The notes under the pieces were generated by a model, which did not search any database, was not told the origin of the DNA, and saw only the letters and a list, made by a program, of their open reading frames with translations. A stretch of 64,000 nt of DNA from Parasitella parasitica NRRL 2501 (lineage: Eukaryota; Fungi; Mucoromycota). Shown in pieces: positions 23,576 through 36,499 of this stretch (positions within the stretch are counted from its first letter, which is position 1; the number at the start of each line of letters is the position of its first letter). Location: contig MU619293.1 in assembly GCA_025201805.1 (NCBI GenBank), positions 7,613 through 71,612 on the forward strand, in the 5' to 3' direction. The position numbers were made by a program, and so were the translations under genes.

Positions 23576-24712
23576 ATGTCTTGTCCAATTCAACTTTACA
23601 ATCATAACACCGTACCAAAACCACAAATGAACATCTCAATTCACCCATTGGCCAACAACAGCAGTGCGAATTTACCTGTAACTCCACCTGCTACACCAAA
23701 GCAAGAATTAACCGTTTCCGCAAGACTATTAATGCATCACACGCTGAATGCAGATTTCACCCAAAAATATGTTTTAGGCCAAGAACTTGGAAGCGGCGGT
23801 TTTGGGTTTGTCGTATCTGCTTATGAAAAGAAAACTGGTATCGAGCGTGCTGTCAAGTTCATCATTCGTAAAAAAGTCCCATCAAGTGCTTGGGTAACTG
23901 ATCCTGAAATGGGACCCATTCCAATGGAAATTTATACGCTTAAACATGTCAGACATCCCAATATTATTCATTACTGTGATTCATACCAAGACGATACATT
24001 CTTTTATCTTGTCATGGAATTGCATGGCACTCAATGGGCTCCACCTGCTGCCAATACTCCACCAATCAACAACTCATACTCTATGCATTCACCTGCTTTA
24101 TCGCAAAACTCAACATCTACTATTGACGAAGACGAGGAAGAGCAAGATTTGGAGGTCGCTGCTAGACAGTTTGTCCGTCGTACTTCATGTGATTTGTTCG
24201 AATGCATTGAGCAGCATAAATATTTTGAAGAATCTCTTGCCAAGACCATTTTCAGACAAATTGCTGATTGTGTTGCTTATCTTGATTGCGTTGGCATCTG
24301 TCACCGTGACATTAAAGATGAAAATATTGTCATTGATCAAGATTATAAGGTCAAGTTGATTGATTTTGGCTCATCTGTTATTTTACCTCGCCATTCTGCT
24401 ACTTCAAAGAGAAAATTATTCACGCGATTCTATGGCACTGTGTCATTTGCTTCACCTGAAATCCTTACCTCTCAGCCTTACCGAGCCGAACCTGCCGAAG
24501 TATGGTCACTAGGTGTATTGTTGTTTACTCTGTTATTCGGCGAAATCCCCTTCCCCGATTCTAAATCGGCTGTAGAAGGTCGTATCATGAAGCCCAAGAT
24601 CCCTGTTTCTAGTCAATGCAAGCATTTGATTTATTCCTTGCTGGAGAAAAATCCCGAACATAGACCAACTATTCATCAAGTTTTAACACATCCTTGGTTA
24701 TGCGAAAATTAA
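23576..24712 (+). CDS. Ser/Thr protein kinase, PASK/PIM-like (CAMK group)
   Basis: GSGGFG, AVKFI, HRDIKDENIV, DFG, GTVSFASPE; intronless. Confidence 0.9.
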   Translation: MSCPIQLYNHNTVPKPQMNISIHPLANNSSANLPVTPPATPKQELTVSARLLMHHTLNADFTQKYVLGQELGSGGFGFVVSAYEKKTGIERAVKFIIRKKVPSSAWVTDPEMGPIPMEIYTLKHVRHPNIIHYCDSYQDDTFFYLVMELHGTQWAPPAANTPPINNSYSMHSPALSQNSTSTIDEDEEEQDLEVAARQFVRRTSCDLFECIEQHKYFEESLAKTIFRQIADCVAYLDCVGICHRDIKDENIVIDQDYKVKLIDFGSSVILPRHSATSKRKLFTRFYGTVSFASPEILTSQPYRAEPAEVWSLGVLLFTLLFGEIPFPDSKSAVEGRIMKPKIPVSSQCKHLIYSLLEKNPEHRPTIHQVLTHPWLCEN

Positions 24713-24999
24713 GTTACCATCCGACACATTAATCTACAACAACAAAATCACTACAAAAAAATTAATTATGAACCTATACATATAATCCTCTTCATTATTG
24801 CATTTTTTACATTTCATAACATCACAACCACTTCTTTTTTATTCCTTCTGCATGCTTTTTTTTTATCATTATTATTTTATACAAACATTAATTTTTATAC
24901 AAGTTTCCTATCTACAACTATACCACACTCACCAAAAAAAGTATAATTCCATACTCTACTCTGTATTTGCTCCGTTCATCCACATCCTCGGTTTATGTT

Positions 25000-25064
<65 letters not shown>

Positions 25065-25349
25065 TTATTATTTACTCCATTTCATTTGGCATGCCAAGAA
25101 TGCATTAATCATCTTTCTCGTTAATAAAAAAAAAATAATAATAATATAAAAATTAGAAAAACATCTGTTAACAATGCTTGATGTGAACTTAATTTCAGCT
25201 TTTTTGTCGGATTAGGTCCAGTGTTAAATGGCCTGTTCCTGTACTTGAATTTGACACATTGTTACAGTTTTGTAGACGGATTAGAACAGAAAAAAACTAA
25301 ATTTATGTATAGACTTTTATGACCCTAAAAATTTTAAAATTTGCGTTAG

Positions 25350-26335
25350 GAATACCCGTGTTTGCTGCTTCTTATGGGGATGGTGAAATTTCTCACAAAG
25401 AATACTTTAAATACATCGGTTCAAAGAGACATGAAAAAAGGAAACTAGCAAAAGCGCCTGCTTAAGATATGGACACTGTTCCTAAAAATATTTCAAAACT
25501 GTTGACACTTTTACATACTTGATCTATGTTGCATATGTTTTGCTGCATCTTCCGAAATCTTTGGAGTTTAATTGACACTGCACGGCCAAAAGTAGATTCT
25601 ATCTACATCAAAGTTCGCAGAGGGCTAGACAAGATATGGTTAATATTTTGGTAAATGGTGGTAGAAAGTACAACAGATCAATACGAAACAACACAAAGAA
25701 AATAGGAAGGTCAAAAAAAACAACGCAGAAAGAAGCATATACAGAGAAGAGTTGACAATCGTAGCGATACACAGGAAGCCCAAACAAGCTCGATATAAGT
25801 TCAAGCAATATTAATAGTAATTAATATATTATATTTCGATACTTTCTCGGTAGAGCCATTAAATGTTGGAAGCTAGACCCATTCAAATACGACAATGACA
25901 CACTACCCATTATTTGTTTTGGTAATGGTGTGTTCAACAAAAAGATACTGCAAAGGTCAAAGACAAGGCAGAAATCTGGCCATCTTTTGTTGTCATATGT
26001 GGATGAATTTCACACGTTGTGGGTAATAGTGTTTCAGTCTAATTTTGTTTCTTGATTACACAGTACATCTAACGCTTTGCAATTCCTGCAACGAAATGTG
26101 CCTTGCTGAAGCCATCATTGGCTTGAACAGTGTTCTGACTTGCTAAAAGTGTGGAACATGTGGCAACGTAATGCAACTACTTCATAAACATTAATAAAAT
26201 TTCATCTAGTATTATATATGGCTTTGATCGCCCGGCGTGTTTTTTCGTCATCAGTAACAACAGTTATCCTTACATCATTGTATCAAACACGGCGACTCGT
26301 CGTCGCAGAGAGTTTAGATTTTTACAGGTAAAATC
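25350..26335 (+). pseudogene. Highly decayed Fanzor1 relic (second subfamily)
   Basis: Collinear motifs: VFAASYG (25358), RARQDMVNILVNGGRKY (25621), LPIICFGNGVF (25903), VDEFHT (25999), CNSC (26078), C*KC (26141), WQRN (26161; catalytic D to N), GFDRPACF (26220). Confidence 0.75.
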
Positions 26336-27068
26336 AAATTTTCTCATCTAAACTGATTTTCTTTTCATCTGGATTTTTAAAGTGTGAAAACCGTATATGC
26401 ACCCTAATTTCATGTTTTTAATCATGTATTGAATTACAGTGATCCCATCTTCCAAGGTATCTTGGTGAATGATTGAACGCCCTTGACCATTAGACATATT
26501 TTCGAGCAGCTGAATTATTTTGCAGATGTTCAAGTGCACAAGACTTTGATTACGGAAGTCAGGCTTCTAATGGGAAATACACCTAGCTAAAATATGTAAC
26601 ATATTCACGATCTATATGCTAAAATTCTTCCCTGCAAAAAACTTGTTGAATAAGAATGTCATCAATAATGGACGGACAACACGGGATTCCAAAAATAATC
26701 TTAATATGTGTGGAACATTAGCTAAAATGAAATATTTTATTTTGGGAATTAGCAAAGAAAAAGGTATTATCTTACAAAAAATAAAGAAAACAGAGAAATG
26801 CAGGAAGAAGAAAAAGGGGATTGTCATTAAAAGGGGGCTGTTTTGAAATATTCTTACAATCAAGAATATATAATATACATGGCAAAAAGAAAAGAGAATG
26901 CAATTAGAGGTAATAATAAAAAAAAAAAGAAAAGAAAAGAAAAGAGACAAACGACATATGGATATAATAGCATGATAGAAAAGTTCTTTTACGTCTTGAT
27001 GCTTGTAAAGTGGTGTATGTAAGTAGTGTATAGTGCGCGTGCTAAGAAAAGGGGAGTTGCTTCCTCTA

Positions 27069-27387
27069 TCAAGTGCAAATTTCTTGCACATTATACAAGC
27101 GAGATGTTGAATTGCTGGATGTGGTCTCAACAATGGTTTCCTCTTCTACAGTTGCCCTTTCTGCCATCATACGTTCCATATCTCTTTTCCATTGTGATTT
27201 CATAGTGAGCAATTCTAACATATCTTTGTATGTTAATTTAGCTACTTCTTGAGCTGTTCGATCTATCAATTTCAGTTAGCTTACTTGTCTGCTGTTGAGC
27301 TGATTATCTGTTTAACATACCATAATCTTCATTAGCAAATGTGGAGACAAATTCGACATCACAAGAGAATTGCACTTTTTTGTTCAT
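27069..27387 (-). CDS. ~86-aa protein resembling a Bni4/neurabin-type PP1-binding module
   Basis: Two exons give MNKKVQFSCDVEFVSTFANEDY|DRTAQEVAKLTYKDMLELL...; contains an RVxF motif (KVQF) and YDR...LT. Confidence 0.65.
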
Positions 27388-29263
27388 GTTGGATAGATTG
27401 AATCGAGTTAATTGACCTGATTGAGTTGATGAAATATTGTCGGTTTTAGTCGCAAATTTGAAAAGCAAAGGGAGAAAGACAAAGAATCAAAATCTTCTTC
27501 CTTTTATATCTCCCAAATACTTGTCTTGTTTCCGCGGTACCATAAATGGTCTTCTCTAAATTTGGAAAACCTCGTTTTTTTTCTTCGTCTGTGAGTGTGC
27601 ACGCTTACCTTGTTTTACGCCTAACCCGCCATTCTTTTTTTAGCGACCCCTCCCTCCCTCCCCCCCCTTTTTTTTTTTTTTTTTTAACTACTCGTTGCTA
27701 TTGCATTATCTGTGAGAAAATAACAAAATTGTCCCTTGAGAGACAACCTCATCAATTTGGTACACAAATTGTAATAATTTATAAATCCTCGGTCATATTA
27801 GAAAGCACAAATGCACAATCCATGTAAAACCGGTAAAAACAAGAGTGATATTTTTGTATCATCACGGGTTTTGGATTTTTGTTGGCTCAGTTCCATGGAA
27901 CCTTATTCAGTAGTACACAAAAACGAGAAATTGCATTGTCCCATAAGAAAAAATGTTTATCTGGTCATATTTTCCACAATTAAATTTAGACACATTAGTG
28001 ACATTGAGAATATGCAATTCATACGATTTATTATAATGTAAATTTATTGTGTACAACAATATAAAATTGAAAGTATTGGGTTTCTTCAATAAACGTCAAT
28101 GTTTTATTTCAACGTGGGTTTCGGTAGTCTGATATATATATATTATTATTAGCGTTATAGTTGCTCCGTGCGTCAACCGTACAGGATGTTGGCACCTCAT
28201 TTTTTCATCCGATTAATGACAAATGTCTTATCATACTACATGGCATCTCACCTTTTTGTTCGACTCGTTAATCATAAAATTGACACCAATACATGGCCAG
28301 ACACAATTCGAAAGAGGTCGAAGAATATGTACATATTTTTTCGAAATTCAAAGTTTGAATCGCGTATAAAACGAATCTTTCTTTAATGCATTATGAGTAT
28401 TATCGAGGATAACCTTGATACATCCTTGTCGATGACGAGTATACGCGTATTTTCAGTATAGTCTAACCACTTGAAAAATTGCCAAGCTACTTTAGACCGA
28501 TCTATTTCTCAGCAGAATGTAAGCTTAAGGATCCACCAGAATTCCCTTCCAGGCCTACCTTATAATTTATGCTGCAACAACAGCAAACGCCACAACTATT
28601 ATGTTTCTGCGGATGTTGCTTCGCAAATCAAGCACTCTTTTTTCTCAGCCTACAGTCGTGGCTGGCAAAAATTTGAGTACTGAGATTTTATTCTTAATCT
28701 ACTAAACATTACATTCGCATCATCATCACACTTGATTATTTGTTTATTTACATCTTTTCTTACAATGCTTGCACATGCATCTGATTCAAACCAATCATTT
28801 AATGAAATGATACCCTTAATTTGTTTACTTTTTCATTCGTAATAAAATTCGGTTGCTAACTTTGTGTAGACTTCAAATCCTTTATTGGACATTATTGCTA
28901 TGGGAACCACAAAAGAGATACTATTGACACGATATTTTTTTTATCCATGAAATGGCTCTTGATGAAGTCAAGCTCCTAAACTTCTTTTAGCACCAATTTG
29001 CATGTGAAATTGACGTATACATACTTTTGGCTTCTCCATCCAACTGCTAACACGGATTTCTGCAGAAAACCAAAAAAGAGGATGGCTAGCAGACCCCAAA
29101 AACTGCCAAAGCAACTTACCAGCTAAACAAAAATCGTGGAACAGTGGCATTTCCAAAAGCTTTCTCGAACAAAGCCGCATGTGTGTGTAGGGGGGGGGGA
29201 TATTTATGTTTATTGTACAGATAATGGTTTTTTTTTCTAATGAAAAAATCTATTGAATCCTAT

Positions 29264-29827
29264 CTAAAACCAAGAGGAGACCCAAGAAGAAAAAGAACTT
29301 GATGATAATTCTTCATATGCAGAAGAAGCAACAATTGTTGACTCTTCCAGCTTATCATCCTCAGTCGATGTAACAGCCAGCTCCTTATTCTTTTCCTCTT
29401 CTTCCTCATCGTCATCGATTTCATCGCCATATACATCAGGGTGAAGGCGGAAGCAATCCTGCATACCCTTGAACTTTTCCACACAATCCAAGCCCTTTGG
29501 TTCTGCTTCGGAATAGACAAAGCAGCTGAAGGCAGCTTTGAATTCTTCGCCACACGGACCCTGTGCCATGCCTCCCAAACCTGTCAATATACGCATACAC
29601 AATTGAGTACGTTTTGCTCAATTGGTTGCTTTACATTACTTACAAGGACAATCCCAATTGATCTCACCGGTTTCTGGGTTGAAGGCAGACGAAGCATCTT
29701 GATTGTCTTGTCCTTTTTCTTCTACGTCATTGCTGGTTGCGACCGAGGCGTTGGAAGCCGCAGCTTGTTCAATTTCGTCTTGATCAACAAACTTAATTGT
29801 GTCCTTTCCGTCAGTGACAATAGACAT
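29264..29827 (-). CDS. MIA40: Mitochondrial intermembrane space import oxidoreductase Mia40/CHCHD4
   Basis: [15 protein letters not shown]|[10 protein letters not shown]9-C...C-X9-C; one intron. Confidence 0.95.
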
Positions 29828-30122
29828 GTGTGCAGACTATTAAAGTAAGAATTAGAGTTGGAAGAGAGAGAAAAGGACAGGAAACTGTGAAGGGAACCCT
29901 GTCATTTTTTTATAGTTCCGCATTGTTGATTATCAAGCCAAGACGACGGCTTTTGGGTTCTGCTTGGACACGTTGCGATAATCTCCACCACTGTAGTGAT
30001 AATAGTAGTCTTTTATTTTTTTTTTTATTTATCCCTTGTCAGTACAGATCAAGGCAAAAGGGTCTTGTTTAATTAAATATGAAAGTGTATATATACATTG
30101 CAATTATTGAGACGCGATGATT

Positions 30123-30917
30123 TCAAGGCCACTTGAGAATCGCTGTTCTGATAGCATCGTCCCAATTATTACACAGTTCCTTTTGAGAGGGCTTTTCGCA
30201 CAACTGTCGAACGTCGTCAGCAACCCAGATATCCAAAGTGCGAATAGTAGCACTGACAAGCTTAGCGATATATGACTCGACCTGGCTATCCTCGCTTAGT
30301 TTACCAACGCCATTATTGCTGAGTGTGTCGTAGATGGATTTGCGAGTGTCTCTGACTAGGCTCTTGACAAGAGCGCCGTTATCAAAGGAAGCATACTCTG
30401 TCATTTGGCGACGCATGCGGCCGATACAACGCTGCTTGACATCCTCCAAAAAGTAACAGATGGAAGGAGGGTTGCCGCAGCGATAGTCCATTTTGCGGCA
30501 TTCATCCATAGTCCAACTTTCTCCAGGAGGAGGCATCTTTCTAGTGAGTCTTCTAGGGTTGTTACAGTCGCCCTTATAGGGGAGCTCTTCGTTAAACATG
30601 ACCTGATAAAAGCCCTCGGCAAGTCTAGACTGAGAGGTAGCCAAAGCGACAAACGCATTCAAGCTGGTCTCGATAGACTCTTCAATATCGTCCAAAAGCT
30701 CGGCCTTTTCCAGCTGGTTTGTAATGGCGGTGGGGATAGTAACTTTTTTGAGAGTCTTGGTCAGCTGTGAATGTAAATCGCTGATGGAGTCTTTGATAAC
30801 AGGAACGTAGAAGCTGGCAAAATCCCTTGACAGACCTCTGCGGCAGTCCATCTCACAGGCAAAAACAAAAGACACTGCGGCTGCCAACAGCAGAGGGACA
30901 CTTTTTAGAAAGAGCAT
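30123..30917 (-). CDS. Secreted cysteine-rich hypothetical protein
   Basis: Signal-peptide-like N-terminus (MLFLKSVPLLLAAAVSFVFA-C), paired cysteines, intact 264-aa ORF. Confidence 0.8.
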   Translation of the reverse strand: MLFLKSVPLLLAAAVSFVFACEMDCRRGLSRDFASFYVPVIKDSISDLHSQLTKTLKKVTIPTAITNQLEKAELLDDIEESIETSLNAFVALATSQSRLAEGFYQVMFNEELPYKGDCNNPRRLTRKMPPPGESWTMDECRKMDYRCGNPPSICYFLEDVKQRCIGRMRRQMTEYASFDNGALVKSLVRDTRKSIYDTLSNNGVGKLSEDSQVESYIAKLVSATIRTLDIWVADDVRQLCEKPSQKELCNNWDDAIRTAILKWP

Positions 30918-31144
30918 GTTTGTGTGTATATGAGCGAAAAAGAAGCGTGTCTAAAAGCTATCCCTCACAGCCTCGTTTTATATACTGTCGGCAATATATA
31001 GGACGGGGGGGGTGAGGGGAAGAGGGTTGCACAAGATGAGGCTGCAATTTTTTGTAATTGGATTTTATTTATATTTATTTGCCAAAAAAGCCCTAGTATT
31101 CAATGTTCTATATAAAAGGTTTATTTTAGTCAATCAAGCCTTTT

Positions 31145-33185
31145 TCAGCAGTATAGAGAGTGAGTTGCACCTACGTTTTCATTGCAGTGTCTGGCTACAT
31201 TCTCAAACACTTTTAGCAGCTTTCTTCTTGCACCGATGGTGTTTACACCTGCGTCAATCATGTCTTGATCAGACATCCGAATCACTTGTTGCCAGTCCAA
31301 GCCGACAAACGCATGGCCATATTTATGTAGTCTCAAACTTCGAAGCCAATTCTGAACGTCTATATTGAGTCTGCTGTGTTAGTTTATTTATAGCTATTCT
31401 CGTTCGTCAGCCGCGCTCACCTTTCATCAACTCAAAATCAACTGCCTCAGCTGCCATTTTGTCTTTTAGCGCTCTTGCGGCCGATGACCTTTTGCGTCGT
31501 CTTGCTAGCCCTGTCAAAGGCTTCTCATCCTTATTAGCCGCATCATCGCTTTGGTCATCATCCGTGCTATTATCCTCTCCAGGCGGAGCTAGATAAACTC
31601 CGAATTGTTGGACCTTTGAAAGCGCAATCTGATTAGGTATGGAAGGTGGAGGAGGAGGAGGAGCAATGATAGTAGGAACAGCGGTAGCAGTTGTAGTAGT
31701 TGTAGTAGATGTAGCAGTTGTAGCAGCAGTAGCAAGAGGGGCGTCAGTAGTGGCAGTAGTGGCAGTAGCGGCAGCAGCAGCAGTAGGGGGCAGTGAGGGA
31801 ACCCACTGCGTAATGGGCAATGTGGGTTTTTTATGGCTTGGCAGCGATAATTCTTGTCGCAGCCTGGCCTGGGCTTGTTCCAATGCAGACAAACTGGAAG
31901 TAATTGTAGCGGTCAACTTGGAATTATACTCTTGATCCTCTTCTTGGATGGCCCAAGGTAGCATGTCATCCTTTTTCTTTGTGCCTACAGTGGATCCAGG
32001 TGCAGATGTCAGCTTTTTCTTTGTGCTCAGTGAGCCAAAGGACCAGCTCTCGTCGTTCTTTGAGGTTGATTTGGCCGTGTTGATGGGAAAGGGCCAATCT
32101 GTACTAGAAAAGAGTGATTTGGATCCAAGATCTGTTGTTGAACACGACGTACGAAGTCTAGGCGGAGAGGAGAACAAGCCCCCTGTACCACCATTTGCAT
32201 TGCTAGTGATTCCAGAGGACGATGATACTGTGGAACATGTAGATGTGGTGGTAGTGGATGACGATGACGACGACGCTGTGCCATTCAATGCTTGAAGCTG
32301 TGCTCTAGCAGCTAACGCCTTTTCGTACAAGGGGCCAGGATGACTTAGTCCCAGTGGTCGAGATACGAATAAATCTCGATTGCGTCTTCGAAGATCGTCA
32401 GGCTCACTGATGGCTGAAGAGGGAACAAAAGGGCGTCGTCTTGACGATGGGGGCAGTCTGGTTCTATCAAACTCTGACGCTGCCTCATGGTTGCCGTTGA
32501 ATGGCAGATGTATTTGATGTTGTACTAAAGAAATTACTGCTTAATTATTTTGTCTATAAACATTTTACTCCTTAAAAAATTACTAGTGTTGTTGCAAGCA
32601 GTGGCAGCAGTGGTATTTTCCTGTCCAGCAGGGTATGTTTCGCCTCCATTGGCAATCTTCTCCAGCACTGTGATAAGAAATCGAATCTGAATTTGAGAAG
32701 CGTTCTGAACTACTGTGTACAGCGCTGCTGTTCTCTCGGCATCGGATCTACATCGAAACCATTGGTTTATGTGCTGCAATTCGTCTTTGAAACCTTGATC
32801 TAGGCTGGCTGCTGCTACCTCCTCCAGCATCTGTTCGAAGCGCTGGATATTCTCAAACCATTGATCGATTGCCTCGGCTAATTAATTTCTGTATTAATAC
32901 TATTCTAGTGTGCTATTTTTTACACATACCCTCTGGCGACGAGTTGATCTTTTTCATAGTAGGCTGTGTTTGCAGTATATCAGAGGCTGGTCTGCATTTG
33001 TACTGCGGTACTGGTGCTGCTTGGTATGAATTCACTGGCCCTGTAACAGACGAAATGTGTCGGCGCTGGCTAGGAACGCTTATAAGATCTGAGGCTGTCA
33101 GTGAGCGGTATGATGTGTTTGGTCTCTGAAATGCACCAAGTAAATTCTCTTCCATTACTCTATGAACGTCATGAGCTGTTGTCAT
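31145..33185 (-). CDS. VTS1: Vts1/Smaug SAM-domain RNA-binding protein
   Basis: INQWFRCRSDAERTAALY...QIRFLITVL, and C-terminal SAM domain WLRSLRLHKY...GARRKLLKVF. Confidence 0.85.
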
Positions 33186-33215
33186 TATAAATTATGTATT
33201 TTGGAGAGGGAAAGT

Positions 33216-33290
<75 letters not shown>

Positions 33291-35095
33291 GCATTATATC
33301 AGGATTACCCACATACAAGGGAGATCTTCAGGCTGCCAGCAGTTTATTTAAAGTAGGGATCTCCTAAATTAAGGTAGTAAGGCCACAATTTTTCTCATCA
33401 CATACTGTACACAAAAAACCACTTTCAAGGTGAACACATTTTCAGGGGGGGAGGACAAATTTAAAGGAGAAAGTTGAAAGCAGGCTTTCAAGGTAATACA
33501 GTCTTTTTGGCAGTTTTATATTACCTGATTGTACAAAAAGTCAATTTCAGAAGAGGGGTTGGCAGACGTGTCAGTTCTTTGCTAGAGAAAACAAAAACAA
33601 AAAAAAAGGGTCTTCACAGCAGCCTTGTATACAACGCTACTGAAAACTTCAATCCCAAGGCATCTCTATGTTCTCTTTTTCGTTTCTCCTTAGTTTTACT
33701 TTCAAGAGCAGACCCAGGAAAAAAAAAATACCTCATATAGGTTTAAGCTCAAGGGAATGTCTTTTTAGTGTTGAATACGAACTGAGGCGATTTTGCAATG
33801 GCACTTCAGTCGTACAACAAGTAGATTATGGAATATCTTTGATGAAAACGATTCGAGACCCAGTACAGGATGCATAGATAATAAATGGAGATGCTGTTAA
33901 TTGATGTGGTAGCACTTGATTTCAGCGCGAGTCAAGGTGGCGATATGAGGTCTCAATTCTACGCCCGTTCAAATCCTGAAATATCGTGTTGAAACCGCAA
34001 GGTCCATTGTATTGGACCAGGAAAACACCAGTAGTAGTAGATGCGCTTCGTAAACACGGTAACCAGGACAACACCTGTTGGTAGAGACGCTTTCACTGCT
34101 ATTATTTCCATTTGCGTTTCTTCAGATTCAGTAGCTTGGCAACAAGAGGATTTCTTGATGAAATAAGCTGCAGATTTTATAATCAGGCAAGTGTTGGGGA
34201 TCCAAAGGTTCAAAGTTATCAAGAAGGCGAACACGATGGTGAAAAAGATTCTCTTTGATAGTGGTGAACATGCGACACTGTTCATCCATCGATACAGAAT
34301 ATGCACTTGTAAAAGGCAAAGGCTTCAGTCAAATGCCAAAGCGGGCAAGGCAAAAAAATGCAGAAATGCTTGGTTTACGTCCATTTTTCTTAGTGGCTGG
34401 TGGGCGACAGTAAAAGTAAAGAAACTAAAAAGCAAGCTTGTTGCACGATACGCTGATCAGCCAACAGGGCGCACTCTGAAAGGAAATTACTGATTCTCGG
34501 ATCAATAAGGATTTATTTGCATCTACGGTATAAGATAAGACTAACAAGTAAAGTTTTGGTGGGGGTTAACACAATTAGCCGTGGATTGGGAAGGCCTTCT
34601 AATAAGAGACAAAGTTCTCAATAAAGCTTTCCAAAGCTACTAGATATATGATATCATTAAAAAAAAAAAAAAGATATACTCGGAGCCTCCAATGCGACAA
34701 ATGGGCTATAGGATATACTGAGCCTGGGGCTACACAATCATGTGAAGATGCCAAGCATATACTGAGAGCAGCGACAAATGCTGCCTTGATAAAATGCCGT
34801 ATCAGAGACTTTTTTTTTTTNNNNNNNNNNNNNNNNNNNNNNNNNNNNNNNNNNNNNNNNNNNNNCACGAGCAATAGAGCATGGTCTCGAGATACAATCA
34901 AGCTGGTCTCAAGTTTAACGAATGCCTTTCCACATCATGTTTGTTTACTGATAGTCAATTTGTGTGAGCCTAAAAACGTCCATTACATCATCGTTGGCTA
35001 TAACTGGTCAGCTTGAAGTATGTATTTATTAAAACTTTTTTTTTTCTCGTAATCCCACTCTCTCTCTTTTTCTTCTTGTCTAACTTTGAAAAATT

Positions 35096-35957
35096 ATGAC
35101 AATGTCTGCCGTAGAGAACAAAGTTGAAAAAAAGTTATCTGAAGCAGATGCCAAATTAGCAAAGAATAGACAAGGTCATTTCTCTATGGTTCGGTAAGTG
35201 CTCAATTTCGTTTTGGAAAGCGTCCATCAGCTAACGCGCACGATTGCTATGCAACAGCAACTTTTATTTAGCTGATGTGATTACCTTGATGAATGGTGTA
35301 TGTGGCGTTCTATCTGTTTTGAGCTCCATGGGCTATTTAGCCTCGAACAACATTCAAGATTTACACACTGCCATGTATCTAATGCCTTTGGGAATGCTGT
35401 TTGATTTTATGGATGGTAGGGTTGCACGCTGGAGAAATAACTCGTCCTTGCTTGGCCAGGAGCTTGATAGCTTGGCTGATTTGGTAAGCTGATTCAATCA
35501 TTATGGAGAAGTGATAAAGCTGATATTCTGCGTAGATTTCATTTGGATTGGCTCCCGCTGCTTTGGCATATGCTGGTAAGTGTAAAGAGTTGATAGAGGC
35601 TTCTTGACGACAAACTAAACGATACTAGTTGGTATGCGTACTTGCTTGGACAAAATTGCATTGACTTATTTTGTGTGCTGTGGCATCGCTCGTCTTGCTC
35701 GATACAATGCCACTGTCGCCCTGGCTCCAAAGGATGCCACTGGTAAAGTAAATCATTTCGAGGGAACCCCGATTCCCACTTCCTTAGCTCTAGTGGCTTT
35801 GATTGCCTATTTGGTTGCAAACAATATGTATTTGGATACATTGCCTCTACAGATGATCAAGATTACAAGCAACTTGGAACTCCATCTTCTTGTTCTCTTG
35901 TACGTTTTCAGTGGCACTTTAATGATCTCAAAGACTCTCCGTATCCCAAAGCCGTAA
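35096..35957 (+). CDS. CHO1: CDP-diacylglycerol-serine O-phosphatidyltransferase
   Basis: DFMDGRVAR...[10 protein letters not shown] (CDP-alcohol phosphotransferase motif), [22 protein letters not shown]. Confidence 0.95.
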
Positions 35958-36499
35958 TTTTCTTTCAACTATTTATTTTATTTATGGTATTCGTGATTGT
36001 ACATATACCCTCCCTTCTTCTCGTTTATATTAAATGGCGAGTTTATCCTGAAATAAACTCACTGAATCGTTATATTATACATCTCTTTGAGCCCCAGTTG
36101 TTGTATATAAGTGCATGAACAGTCAACCATAGGATATTCAGTGCGAAAAAAGAAATCCTAGAGTATGTGCCAGCTGGTCAGTGGATCACAAGAATGTACG
36201 AGTATTGATAATATAATGCAATGCTTGCGCTTGATCTTGCCAAAAAAAAACGGGTTGATAGTTGCTTACTAGTAGCAACTTCAAACATTTACAATGATGT
36301 CTCAACATGGTTGGTCTGAATAATGTACCATATATGACTCAAAGATACGAAAAACCTTTTTTTTTNNNNNNNNNNNNNNNNNNNNNNNNNNNNNNNNNNN
36401 NNNNNNNNNNNNNNNNNNNNTGTACTGTAAATTCCTATACGAATTGTCGAAGAAACTATCAAGTCATCGTTTTTGGAAAGACTTACTGTCGTTAGTATA

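Noticed and set aside
26348-27000. Short ORFs next to the Fanzor relic as a partner transposase
   Set aside because: No DDE, Y1 or helicase motif recognisable by eye.
33900-34500. Short overlapping ORFs upstream of VTS1
   Set aside because: No motifs or consistent splice structure found.
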